NCBI GenBank assembly: GCA_051874735.1 | Contig: JBJEGD010000002.1 | Span: 64,001 to 128,000 of the forward strand | Direction: 5' to 3' | DNA from: Candidatus Bruticola sp. | GTDB lineage: Bacteria > Vulcanimicrobiota > Xenobia > Xenobiales > Xenobiaceae | Length of the DNA stretch: 64,000 bases | Shown here: positions 1 through 9,019 of the stretch, one piece after another | How positions within the stretch are numbered: the stretch's first letter is position 1 | How the letters are laid out: each line of letters opens with the position of its first letter | Position numbers and translations under genes: made by a program | The notes under the pieces: model-generated | What the model saw: only the letters and a program-made list of their open reading frames with translations | Databases searched by the model: none | Told to the model about the DNA's origin: nothing

Positions 1-338
1 GTACCTTCTAAACCTATTTGAAAATGGTTAGCTAATTTAATAAACATACCGGCTAAAGCGTGTTCGCTATACACACCTAGCCCTAAACTGGAACAGGTCA
101 CTCCCACCTGAACAACGGTAACATAATTATCAAATTGAACTGAATCGTTTTTTATTTCTAAAAGACGACAGGCCCAATGGGCATTCCGCCCCCTAGCCTT
201 ATACTCATCGATAATAGTCCGTAATTCAAGGGGCTTACTGTTTAATAAAGCGAACTCAGCTGCGACATAAGCAGCATTAATTGCGATCAGTACAACAATG
301 ACACTTAATTGAATAAGAATATCGCCAATTTCTGCCAT
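1..338 (-). CDS. CNNM/DUF21 (hemolysin-family, CorC/TlyC-like) membrane protein, 5' part; runs off the left window edge
   Basis: Not in the ORF track. Read manually from ATG at 338-336: MAEIGDILIQLSVIVVLIAINAAYVAAEFALL...YVTVVQVGVTCSSLGLG, which has the DUF21 motifs (AAEFA; QxGxTxxSLxLG). It starts 3 nt after the stop of the upstream paralogue. Confidence 0.85.
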   Translation of the reverse strand, partial: MAEIGDILIQLSVIVVLIAINAAYVAAEFALLNSKPLELRTIIDEYKARGRNAHWACRLLEIKNDSVQFDNYVTVVQVGVTCSSLGLGVYSEHALAGMFIKLANHFQIGLEG

Positions 339-341
339 ACT

Positions 342-1949
342 TTAATTAGCCTCCCTCTGTTTTCCGAAAGGCTGATCCTTGGCATAATTTTCCGAATCTG
401 AAGCCAAAACTGTGTATTTACCGCGCTTTTTACCATCTTTTTTGGCAGAAGAAGCAGCTGCATATTTCATGTCGGCTTCATCAACGATACTGTTGCCTGA
501 CAGAATTTCTAAAAGATCTTCTAAAGTTAAAACTCCTAGCACTTGTCTATTTTCATCTTCTACTATAGCCATGGAAGCATATTTTTCTTTCATTTCTTCC
601 CTGACCTCATCTAATTCATCATCTAGACGACAATGAACCAGCGACCCCCGCTTAACAAATCCGTGAGGGAACAAAATTTCGCGCTGTGCTCTTTCGTTGG
701 CATAATTTTCTGCCTGTTTGGCAGCTCTCTTGCTTTTGCGTTCTACAGCCTTCTTGTGTTCAGAGCGCAACTTTAACTCATGCTGACTTTCAAGCTCAAT
801 CTTTTTAATGGCCTCATCTCGCTCACTGTCAATATTTTGCTGAATTTTTAAATCGTGAGCAGAAAAAATAGCATCACATTCTTTAAGCGTCAGTTCATGG
901 AGAGAGCGATGCCCACTTTCTTCCAAAGCCTTTTCAAATAATCCGTCCGCCAAGGCCACTCCCATATCTTTAATATGCACTAAGCCGATAATAGAAGCAC
1001 TATTTTCACCACTCCCGTACACAGGCAAACGGCTATAAGGACTTTTATCGAAAATGCTTTCTACTTCAGCAATACTATTGGACTCACGAAGATAAATAAG
1101 TTCATGAGGTTTTAAATCGTCATTTACACTGTTGTTTTTGACGCCGTCGGCTTCATCTTTAATTTTGACTCTGACAGCAAAACGGATCGGTACAGCTTTA
1201 TATTCAGGGGTCCCTTCAAGTCTTTCCTGACTAGCCTCAGTTTTAGCGACCTCTGGATAAGTTATAAAAACATCGGAAACATGCTTATTAGGGAATTTTA
1301 ACGAAGAGGTAACTCGCTGGCGTTCGGTAGCTCCAATAAATCCAGTCTCAGCACTTATATTAGCCATAGCAATAACATCTTTTAAACTGGCGGAATGGCT
1401 ATGCTGATTATCTAAATCGACAAAAAACTTCAAAATAAAAAGACCGGAAGAATTTAGAAAATTTACAGCCCAACTGAAGTGGCGTAAGAACCAATCGACA
1501 GTGCCTATACATCCTAAGGCGATTACTTCCGTATTGCGGGTAGCGATAGACTTAGGGACTAATTCGCCAGCTACAACCTGAAGGCAAGTAAAAAAGACTA
1601 TCAGAGCGACTCTGGTTATTTGAGCAGCTCCGTCCTTATCAACTCCGAAATACCTAAACGGCTCTATACAATATTCTGCTAAATATTTTTCACCAATAGC
1701 ACCTATTAACAAACTGGCGATAGTAATAATAATTTGGCAAGCAGCTACACAATGATCCAAGGAATAGCTGTCATTGAGATGCGGCAGAAGACGGGCAGCC
1801 CTTTTGCAATTCGGATTTTTTTTATTGTTAGCAATGCTCTTAATATGCTCTTTATCTACAGCGACAATAGCAAACTCGGCAGCAACAGCTATAGCTGTGG
1901 CCAAAAGAAGAAAGACGATACAAGTTAGGGCAAAAAAAAGTGTATACAT
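342..1949 (-). CDS. CNNM/DUF21-CBS membrane protein (Mg2+/Co2+ efflux family) with large insertions
   Basis: AAEFAIV, CQIIITIASLLIG and GELVPKSIA in the DUF21 domain; CBS motifs YSRLPVY...IIGLVHIKD and MAIVEDE...GVLTLEDLLE. Confidence 0.88.
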   Translation of the reverse strand: MYTLFFALTCIVFLLLATAIAVAAEFAIVAVDKEHIKSIANNKKNPNCKRAARLLPHLNDSYSLDHCVAACQIIITIASLLIGAIGEKYLAEYCIEPFRYFGVDKDGAAQITRVALIVFFTCLQVVAGELVPKSIATRNTEVIALGCIGTVDWFLRHFSWAVNFLNSSGLFILKFFVDLDNQHSHSASLKDVIAMANISAETGFIGATERQRVTSSLKFPNKHVSDVFITYPEVAKTEASQERLEGTPEYKAVPIRFAVRVKIKDEADGVKNNSVNDDLKPHELIYLRESNSIAEVESIFDKSPYSRLPVYGSGENSASIIGLVHIKDMGVALADGLFEKALEESGHRSLHELTLKECDAIFSAHDLKIQQNIDSERDEAIKKIELESQHELKLRSEHKKAVERKSKRAAKQAENYANERAQREILFPHGFVKRGSLVHCRLDDELDEVREEMKEKYASMAIVEDENRQVLGVLTLEDLLEILSGNSIVDEADMKYAAASSAKKDGKKRGKYTVLASDSENYAKDQPFGKQREAN

Positions 1950-2360
1950 GGGCGGAAATAGATTCCGACTAAATTCCTCCTATAGGTCTATAAAAAAGCC
2001 CAAAATCAAAACTTAGCAATATTATCCCCCAATTATCTGTTCCCCTCTATTTTGACGGAGAACAGAGTTGGTATTATGACAGAGATAGAAACTCTGACCT
2101 GACTTTTTCTACATCGGTGTACAGAAGAGAATATATCAATAACCAGGAATTTTTCGGTTCTGACAAGACATTTTCAATCACTTTCCCCCACTTCCTGGTA
2201 AGGGGGGAATTCGCGTAGAATAAACGAAATGGAGGGGGGCTTCTGTGCACATTTTGATATTCAGAGCATGGCTTAGGATAATCCCACAGTTTTGCTCCAT
2301 CAGCTTGTCAAAGGAAGCTGATTTAGTTTGCAAGCTTAGTTCAAGGAGCTTTTATTAGAC

Positions 2361-2885
2361 ATGAGCAACAGTGATATGACCGTTCAGAGCGCCACTAACA
2401 ACTGTGTAGTAGGTATAAATTACATTCTTACAGATGCCGATGGCAAAATTCTTGACCAATCCGAAGGACAACCGTTGGAGTATCTGCACGGCCATCACAA
2501 CATTATAGTCGGTTTGGAAAAAGCGATGGAAGGGCATAAAGTAGGCGACAAGTTCAAAGTGACCATACCGGCTGAAGAAGCTTACGGCCAATCAGATCCT
2601 GACCGCATTTTTGAAATAGATCGCTCCGATTTAGGCAGTGCCGGTGAACCAAAAGTGGGCATGATGGCCCGTCTCAGTACGGATCAGGGCATGATTATAG
2701 CCCGCATAACTGAAGTTTCTGAAGAAAAAGTAGTATTCGACGCCAATCACCCTATGGCAGGCATCGATCTAACCTTTGAGGTAGAAGTTGTAAGTATTCG
2801 CCAAGCTACAGAAGAAGAGATCGCCAATGGCGGGCTCCATAATGGATGTGGAGGCGATTGCCATTCCTGTGGCGGCTGCCACTAG
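2361..2885 (+). CDS. slyD: FKBP-type peptidyl-prolyl cis-trans isomerase SlyD
   Basis: PLEYLHGHHNIIVGLEKAM, IPAEEAYG, DANHPMAG, Cys/His-rich tail GCGGDCHSCGGCH; AAGGAG RBS upstream. Confidence 0.93.
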   Translation: MSNSDMTVQSATNNCVVGINYILTDADGKILDQSEGQPLEYLHGHHNIIVGLEKAMEGHKVGDKFKVTIPAEEAYGQSDPDRIFEIDRSDLGSAGEPKVGMMARLSTDQGMIIARITEVSEEKVVFDANHPMAGIDLTFEVEVVSIRQATEEEIANGGLHNGCGGDCHSCGGCH

Positions 2886-2945
2886 TTTAAAATTTTAGGG
2901 GAGCAAAGCGGCCAAAAGAATCAGCTCATTAGTAAATATCGATAA

Positions 2946-5900
2946 ATGGTGAAGCACCGAGAGGGTTTTATGTACGAACCAGCCACAAGTGGCAACAACA
3001 TATACGGACAGGATCCGCTCCCGCAGGACGTTTCAGAATCTATCCCTGCTGTGAAAAAACAAGAAGCGATCGTGCCCCAGGGGGATCGTTCTTTACCTGC
3101 GCAATATTCTGCTGGCCCTCTCTCTTCCGCTTCAGCTTTAAATAAGCAGAGAACAGCACCGCCAGCTCCGAACTTAAGAGGCCGCAATATTGCAGCAAGT
3201 TCCTCAAGTTCAGATCAGCGCCACACTACAAATAGAGTTACTGGCGGTGCAGTAAATTCAAATAGTGCTGTTCCAACACCTATGAGATCAAACGAATCAC
3301 TCGCAAGCAGATCTGCCTCCGGATCAGCTGCTCCAGCGGCTGCTTCCCTTATAGGGGGACACAGAACTGAACAGGTTGTAAATCCACGACTGCGCTATAC
3401 CAGCCAATCAAGGCGCAATGCCCCACTTATTGAAGAGGCTTCATCTGCGTCTAAAGCAGCTTTGGCTATGGAAAAACCAAGCTTGGCCCCCTCAGCTAAG
3501 TTACAGGCCGACGCTACCTCTTTACCTTACAAAACGCTCAACACACAGCATCCAACTCATTTGGAGTCTCCACTTCACACTTCTCACCCATCTCAGCCAA
3601 CGAATAGCTCAGGTCCCTATAAACCTGGGGGTACTATTTCTACAGGGCTCCCACAGCCGCAGCGAGCGGAAGAACCTTCCCCTTATGACCGAACGGCTAA
3701 AGTTTATCAAACCAGAACAATAGCTTCTTTAGGTAATTCTAGTACTATACGCAGCGACAGCGCGACTCCAGCCGCAGTTCAAACACGCCAATCCCAGGCG
3801 CCCACTTTAGGACAAAGTACTAATCAGCCTAGAAGTCAAGCGGCCACTCTGGGCGGCACTATGCAGCCTTATCAGCCCAGGACAGCTGCTTCTTCGGGAA
3901 GTACTACTTCTATACATAGCGGCAGCGCGGCTCCAGCTGCAGCTCAAGCACGCCAGCCCCAGGCACCCACTCTGGGACAAAGTACTACTCAATCTAAAAT
4001 CCAAGCGGCCACTCTGGGTAGCACTATGCAGCCTTATCAACCTAGGACGGCTGCTTCTTTGGGAAGTACTACTTCTATGCGTAGCGGCAGCGCGACTCCA
4101 ACCGCAGCTCAAACACGCCAAACCCAGGCGCCCACTTTAGGACAAAGTACTAATCAGCCTAGAAATCAGGCGGCCACTCTGGGCAGCACTATGCAGCCTT
4201 ATCAACCTAGGACGGCTGCTTCTTTAGGCAACACTGCTTCTATACGCAGCGACAGCGCGGCTCCAGCTGCAGCTCAAGCACGCCAGCCCCAGGCACCCAC
4301 TCTGGGACAAAGTACTACTCAATCTAAAATCCAAGCGGCCACTCTGGGTAGCACTATGCAGCCTTATCAACCTAGGACGGCTGCTTCTTTGGGAAGTACT
4401 ACTTCTATGCGTAGCGGCAGCGCGACTCCAACCGCAGCTCAAACACGCCAAACCCAGGCGCCCACTTTAGGACAAAGTACTAATCAGCCTAGAAATCAGG
4501 CGGCCACTCTGGGCAGCACTATGCAGCCTTATCAGCCCAGGACGGCTGCTTCTTTGGGAAGTACTACTTCTATACGCAGCAGCAGCGCGGCTCCAGCTGC
4601 AGCTCAAACACGACAACCCCAGGCGCCCACTTTAGGACAAAGTACTACTCAATCTAAAAGCCAAGCAGCCACTCTGGGCAGCACTATGCAGCCCTATCAG
4701 CCCAGGACAGCTGCTTCTTTGGAAAGTACTACTTCTATACGCAGCGGCAGCGCGGCTCCAGCTGCAGCTCAAACACGCCAGCCCCAAGCGGCTACTTTAA
4801 AACAAAGTTCAACTCCGTCTCAAAATCAGGCTTTATCTTCCCGTAGCACGGTACAACCTTCTATTCCTGTATCCTCAGCTTTATCTGATAAACCTTCGTC
4901 CGTAAACTCTGTGGCTGCTTCCGGAAGGCACTTCAAAGAGAAACAAGCTACAGACACATCTGCTCCTTATCAGCCAGGTAAAGCGGCCAATTATCCTTCC
5001 CTGGAAGAAGCTAAACAGCGCGATACGTTCCGAACAGCAGAACATACAGAAAAAACAAGCGAAACCAAACCCAAGCGCCGCCCCAACGCGGCCTCTCAAC
5101 CTTTAATTCAAGCCAATACCTCCAAAGGTTCTTCTAAACATAGCCAGGGAGGACGCGTAATTCCGACTATTTCAGCTACTCCTCCCAAAGAATTTATTAA
5201 AGAAAAAGAACGCAAAGCTTTGTTAGCTCAGCGCGTGGTCGAATATAATAATATTCAGGCTTACTATGCTAGCTATATGGCTAACTACGAGCAGCAGCAA
5301 AATAGGTTGGAACAGCTGATAAAAGATGAGACTATCTCAACCATAGAGAGAGCTCACCTGTTTAAACAACAATCAGAACTTTATCAAAAACAACGTGCTC
5401 TGTTCCAGTTACAGACAAATCTGTATGAGTACGTAAGCAACAAGAACTTCGATCCTAAAGAAGAGCTGCCGTTTACTCCTCTCGATGAAGAAACTAATAA
5501 ACCTAAAAATTTTAACAAATCTCCAGAAGAACATTGGTCAGCCATTCTCGGTTCTGAAATAAAAAAACAGACACGCAAACAACGCAAAAACGAAAGCAAA
5601 CAGCCTTATAAAATTACCAAGCGCCATGAATCAGTTCTGGAAAGACGCCAACGGCGCATGGAAGAGCTCAAGCGTTGGGAAAAAGAATGGAGTCAGTACT
5701 ATAAAAAAGATCCTTTCTGGCGCAAACAAAGGTACTGGAAAGCTCTGTTTTTTATAATCGGAGTAACCTTACTGATAGGCCTTATAAACATAAATAACGT
5801 TATGAAATGGTTTGCTTCCGATTATGAGCGACCGCTAGTACCAATTGAAACTAATGAGCTGAAAACTAACTACAAAGAGGGATACATATCTGTACACAAG

Positions 5901-6593
5901 GGCGATGTCGTACCTGTTGACAGTCGATTAGTTTCTTATTCCTCTCCATACAATGTTATGGCTATGCGCAACGGAGGAAACCTTCGTATAGATAAATATA
6001 CCGATGTTACTATTGAAAACTTGAAAACTAACAAAAATGGGAACTTCCACAGCAGCTTTTATCTTAAGCAGGGGCGTGTTTGCGCCTACAGCGAACCTGA
6101 CAGCTTAGTTTTTATGCTTACTCCTCAAGTGCGTATTAGTCCAGTTAACGATCAGCCTACACTATATGCAGCAGTGTTGAAAACGGATGGACAAGGTAAA
6201 CAATTTACTCTGCTAAGCGTGTACCGGGGTATGTGCGTGGTAGGTTACAATACCGGCACCTTACAGACAGTTAGAGTAAGTGCCGGCCAGTCACTAAAAA
6301 GTTACTCTTCCAGTTTAGGCCAGCCTGACAGTCTGCGCCAGCCTGATAAATGGACAAAATGGAATTATGGCTGGACTGATACAAAAAATTATGTATCTCC
6401 TCTGGCTTCTCCTAAATCTAAAGATGATATCGACGAAATCGAAGACGACACTCCTGATAGCGCCGTAGAAGCTTTTACTAAAAAACAGGCGCTTGACAAA
6501 CAGAAGGAAGCAGCCGCCAAGGTAGAAGCTGCTAAAAAGAGTCGAAAGGCAAAAGCAAAACCGAAATCTAAGAATAAAACTAATAAAAAATAA
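2946..6593 (+). CDS. Large single-pass membrane protein: S/T/Q/A-rich repeat region, coiled coil, TM helix, C-terminal FecR-like domain
   Basis: 1215-aa ORF (start may be ATG 2970). TM segment ALFFIIGVTLLIGLINI at about 5742-5792. Downstream pattern KGDVV...NGGNLRIDKYTDVTI...LKQGRV...TPQVRI...LSVYRGMCVV...VRVSAGQ resembles FecR. Confidence 0.7.
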   Translation: MVKHREGFMYEPATSGNNIYGQDPLPQDVSESIPAVKKQEAIVPQGDRSLPAQYSAGPLSSASALNKQRTAPPAPNLRGRNIAASSSSSDQRHTTNRVTGGAVNSNSAVPTPMRSNESLASRSASGSAAPAAASLIGGHRTEQVVNPRLRYTSQSRRNAPLIEEASSASKAALAMEKPSLAPSAKLQADATSLPYKTLNTQHPTHLESPLHTSHPSQPTNSSGPYKPGGTISTGLPQPQRAEEPSPYDRTAKVYQTRTIASLGNSSTIRSDSATPAAVQTRQSQAPTLGQSTNQPRSQAATLGGTMQPYQPRTAASSGSTTSIHSGSAAPAAAQARQPQAPTLGQSTTQSKIQAATLGSTMQPYQPRTAASLGSTTSMRSGSATPTAAQTRQTQAPTLGQSTNQPRNQAATLGSTMQPYQPRTAASLGNTASIRSDSAAPAAAQARQPQAPTLGQSTTQSKIQAATLGSTMQPYQPRTAASLGSTTSMRSGSATPTAAQTRQTQAPTLGQSTNQPRNQAATLGSTMQPYQPRTAASLGSTTSIRSSSAAPAAAQTRQPQAPTLGQSTTQSKSQAATLGSTMQPYQPRTAASLESTTSIRSGSAAPAAAQTRQPQAATLKQSSTPSQNQALSSRSTVQPSIPVSSALSDKPSSVNSVAASGRHFKEKQATDTSAPYQPGKAANYPSLEEAKQRDTFRTAEHTEKTSETKPKRRPNAASQPLIQANTSKGSSKHSQGGRVIPTISATPPKEFIKEKERKALLAQRVVEYNNIQAYYASYMANYEQQQNRLEQLIKDETISTIERAHLFKQQSELYQKQRALFQLQTNLYEYVSNKNFDPKEELPFTPLDEETNKPKNFNKSPEEHWSAILGSEIKKQTRKQRKNESKQPYKITKRHESVLERRQRRMEELKRWEKEWSQYYKKDPFWRKQRYWKALFFIIGVTLLIGLININNVMKWFASDYERPLVPIETNELKTNYKEGYISVHKGDVVPVDSRLVSYSSPYNVMAMRNGGNLRIDKYTDVTIENLKTNKNGNFHSSFYLKQGRVCAYSEPDSLVFMLTPQVRISPVNDQPTLYAAVLKTDGQGKQFTLLSVYRGMCVVGYNTGTLQTVRVSAGQSLKSYSSSLGQPDSLRQPDKWTKWNYGWTDTKNYVSPLASPKSKDDIDEIEDDTPDSAVEAFTKKQALDKQKEAAAKVEAAKKSRKAKAKPKSKNKTNKK
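3705..4810 (+). repeat. In-frame tandem repeat, 165-bp (55-aa) unit, about 6.7 copies, with 330-bp higher-order A/B periodicity
   Basis: ATGCAGCC recurs at 3861, 4026, 4191, 4356, 4521 and 4686 (spacing exactly 165). 3923-4204 is identical to 4253-4534 (282 bp). Confidence 0.97.
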
Positions 6594-6646
6594 AATCAGC
6601 TGCTTATTTAAAAACAGCCGATCAAGAAACGAGGCTTAACATTTTT

Positions 6647-7036
6647 ATGAGTGAACATCACCATAGCGAACATCACCATTCAAAGGAAGAGTGCTATCAT
6701 CATGAGCACCACGAACTCCGCATTCCAGCAGAATTAAGCGCTAAAGCTTCTGAAGTTTTCATAAATAAGCACGGAGGACGCGGAACGGCTCTAAATTTTC
6801 CCTGCCGTTTTCCTATTAAAGTATTTGGCAAAGCTGAAGAAGATTTTTTAGCTTACGCTCACAAACTGGTGCAAAAACATGTGCCTGAGCTTTCTCTCGA
6901 TAAATGCCGCTTAACGCACAGCAGTAAAGGGCGCTACGTATCCGTCACTATCGATATTATTGCTTCCAGCCGCGAACAGCTCGACGCCATTTATGCTGAT
7001 CTAAAAAATGATGAGCGAATAGCCGCAATGTTGTAA
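6647..7036 (+). CDS. ybeD: YbeD/DUF493 family protein with His-rich N-terminal extension
   Basis: LNFPCRFPIKVFG...SSKGRYVSVTI...SREQLDAIY matches YbeD; N-terminus MSEHHHSEHHHSKEECYHHEHHE. Confidence 0.85.
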   Translation: MSEHHHSEHHHSKEECYHHEHHELRIPAELSAKASEVFINKHGGRGTALNFPCRFPIKVFGKAEEDFLAYAHKLVQKHVPELSLDKCRLTHSSKGRYVSVTIDIIASSREQLDAIYADLKNDERIAAML

Positions 7037-7043
7037 TTTGCCT

Positions 7044-7712
7044 ATGGAAAATACTCTGAGCTTGCATATGGAATTAACTCTCGCTGGGCGACTAGTTGCA
7101 GCAGCCTTAATGGGAGGTATTATAGGCATCGAACGCGAGATAATGAACCGTACCGCTGGTTTGAGAACTCACGTTATGGTTTCAGTCGGTGCGGCCCTTT
7201 TTACTGTTCTGTCTGTATATTTTTTCTCTTATGATAATGGCCCCCGCGATCCGGCCCGCATAGCCGCTCAGATCGTCAGTGGCATAGGCTTTTTGGGCGC
7301 CGGGGCTATTATGAAGCACGGAGTAACCGTGCATGGATTGACTACAGCAGCTACTTTATGGGTCGTGGCTGCCATAGGTATGGGATGTGGGGCCGGTGCT
7401 TATATAATGTCAGCATCAGCCTGTGTCATTTCCTTAGTAACTTTGGTTACACTGCGCAGATTAGAACCTGTTTTTACTGGTGCTAATGTTGTATATATAA
7501 ATGTAGCTCTACCTAGCGATCCAGGCATTTTGGAAAAGATGCGTTTACAGCTCAACAGCGGCGGCATTAAAGTAAGGAAAATGGCCATTTCACAAGAAGA
7601 ACAGGAACTGCTAGTAGAAATGTCTCTAGCGGTAGAAAATTCAGTAACTAAAGCTGATGTTATCACCAGACTTACAGAACTGGGTGCAACTAAAATAAAT
7701 TTGGAAACTTAG
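7044..7712 (+). CDS. MgtC/SapB family membrane protein
   Basis: IGIERE...AGLRTH, DPARIAAQIVSGIGFLGAGAI, GLTTAATLW; C-terminal ACT-like domain. Confidence 0.93.
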   Translation: MENTLSLHMELTLAGRLVAAALMGGIIGIEREIMNRTAGLRTHVMVSVGAALFTVLSVYFFSYDNGPRDPARIAAQIVSGIGFLGAGAIMKHGVTVHGLTTAATLWVVAAIGMGCGAGAYIMSASACVISLVTLVTLRRLEPVFTGANVVYINVALPSDPGILEKMRLQLNSGGIKVRKMAISQEEQELLVEMSLAVENSVTKADVITRLTELGATKINLET

Positions 7713-7883
7713 TTTACAAAAGTTATCATGCATAGGTTTTCGCTCTCCCCTTCTGCTTAATAGGATTTTGACTACAAGCCACAAAAGAAGGGGTGAAGTC
7801 TTTACTCTCACAAGCCAGGATCATCTAAATTTGCATCTTGATATAGAGAGCGGCATCTTTTGCCCAACGACCTGGAGGTTCTC

Positions 7884-8924
7884 TTGAAAACGCACCGCAA
7901 TTGGTTGACAGCCACCGTACTCCTAACGGCTCTTCTGATGTTAGTGAATATTTCAGTAAGCGAAGCCAACGAAGAAACAGATCGCATCAGCGCTATTTCG
8001 AGAGCCTCAAAATCGGTAGTTTCTGTGCGTACTTACCGTCAGAACCGCACTAAACCAGGAATTGGCTCCGGAGTCATTATTAATTCCAACGGCTACATTT
8101 TGACTAATGCCCACGTTGTCAAAGGCGGCAAAAAAATTAGAGTGCAGCTAAAGAATAAAAAAACCTACGAAGCCAATATTCATAAAATGGCCGGAGATAA
8201 AGATTTAGCTATTATCAAAATAGATGGTCAAGATTTCCCAGCGGCCAGAATTGGTGATTCCGACAACCTAAAAGTAGGACAAACAGTTATTGCTATAGGC
8301 GATCCGCTCGGTTTTACCGGTACAGTAACCCAAGGAATGATTAGCGGATTAGGGCGCAATATTGAAACTAAGGGTATAAAATATACCAATTTAATTCAAA
8401 CTGACGCCGCCATCAACCCCGGTTCTTCCGGAGGAGCCCTTTTAAATTCACGCGGCGAATTGATTGGTATAAACGCTTTAGTTTATACCGGTCCATCCAA
8501 TGGTTACGACAAAGCTCAAGGACTGGGCTTTGCCATTCCTATTAAAAATGCTTTTAGTGTGGCTCAACAATTAATGGATAGTCCTGCTGATACCAATTAC
8601 ATCGCTGAGAGTGACAACATGCCTTCAGGAACACGTCCTTGGTTAGGCCTTAGCGGTGCAACTTTGACCACAGAAAAGGCTCAAGATTTTAATATAAAGA
8701 TTAGCAGCGGCGTATTTGTTACCCAAGTAGTTGATGGTTCTCCAGCAGGCAGGGCTAATATAAAACCTGGTGATACGGTCAGCGCTGTAAATAAGGTCAC
8801 CGTAAGCTCTGTAGGAGCTATGGTTCGCGAGCTTAATAAGTATAGTGCTGGTGACCGCATTAAACTTACTGTATGGCGCAACAACAAAAAGTTTATAGTC
8901 TCGATAACTCTTGACGCCCAATAA
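7884..8924 (+). CDS. htrA: HtrA/DegP-family serine protease with one PDZ domain
   Basis: GSGVII...ILTNAHVV, DLAIIK, IQTDAAINPGSSGGAL, followed by PDZ. N-terminal signal or anchor. TTG start at 7884 after GGAGG. Confidence 0.92.
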   Translation: MKTHRNWLTATVLLTALLMLVNISVSEANEETDRISAISRASKSVVSVRTYRQNRTKPGIGSGVIINSNGYILTNAHVVKGGKKIRVQLKNKKTYEANIHKMAGDKDLAIIKIDGQDFPAARIGDSDNLKVGQTVIAIGDPLGFTGTVTQGMISGLGRNIETKGIKYTNLIQTDAAINPGSSGGALLNSRGELIGINALVYTGPSNGYDKAQGLGFAIPIKNAFSVAQQLMDSPADTNYIAESDNMPSGTRPWLGLSGATLTTEKAQDFNIKISSGVFVTQVVDGSPAGRANIKPGDTVSAVNKVTVSSVGAMVRELNKYSAGDRIKLTVWRNNKKFIVSITLDAQ

Positions 8925-8942
8925 ATAGTTCTGAATACTTTT

Positions 8943-9000
8943 ATATTTAAGCCCGCTGTTAATTTACCTGAACAGGTAATTATCCAGCGGGCTTAAATAT
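8943..9000. terminator. Long inverted repeat between convergent genes (probable bidirectional terminator)
   Basis: ATATTTAAGCCCGCTG ... CAGCGGGCTTAAATAT with an inner TTACCTG/CAGGTAA stem. Confidence 0.75.
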
Positions 9001-9019
9001 TGCAGGGCAGTATTTTAGA

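Noticed and set aside
3807-4451. Two near-identical minus-strand ORFs (3807-4121, 4224-4451)
   Set aside because: Antisense shadows of the coding repeat.
3705-4810. Possible CRISPR array or non-coding repeat
   Set aside because: Units are 165 bp, contiguous and in frame, with no unique spacers; it is a protein-coding tandem repeat.
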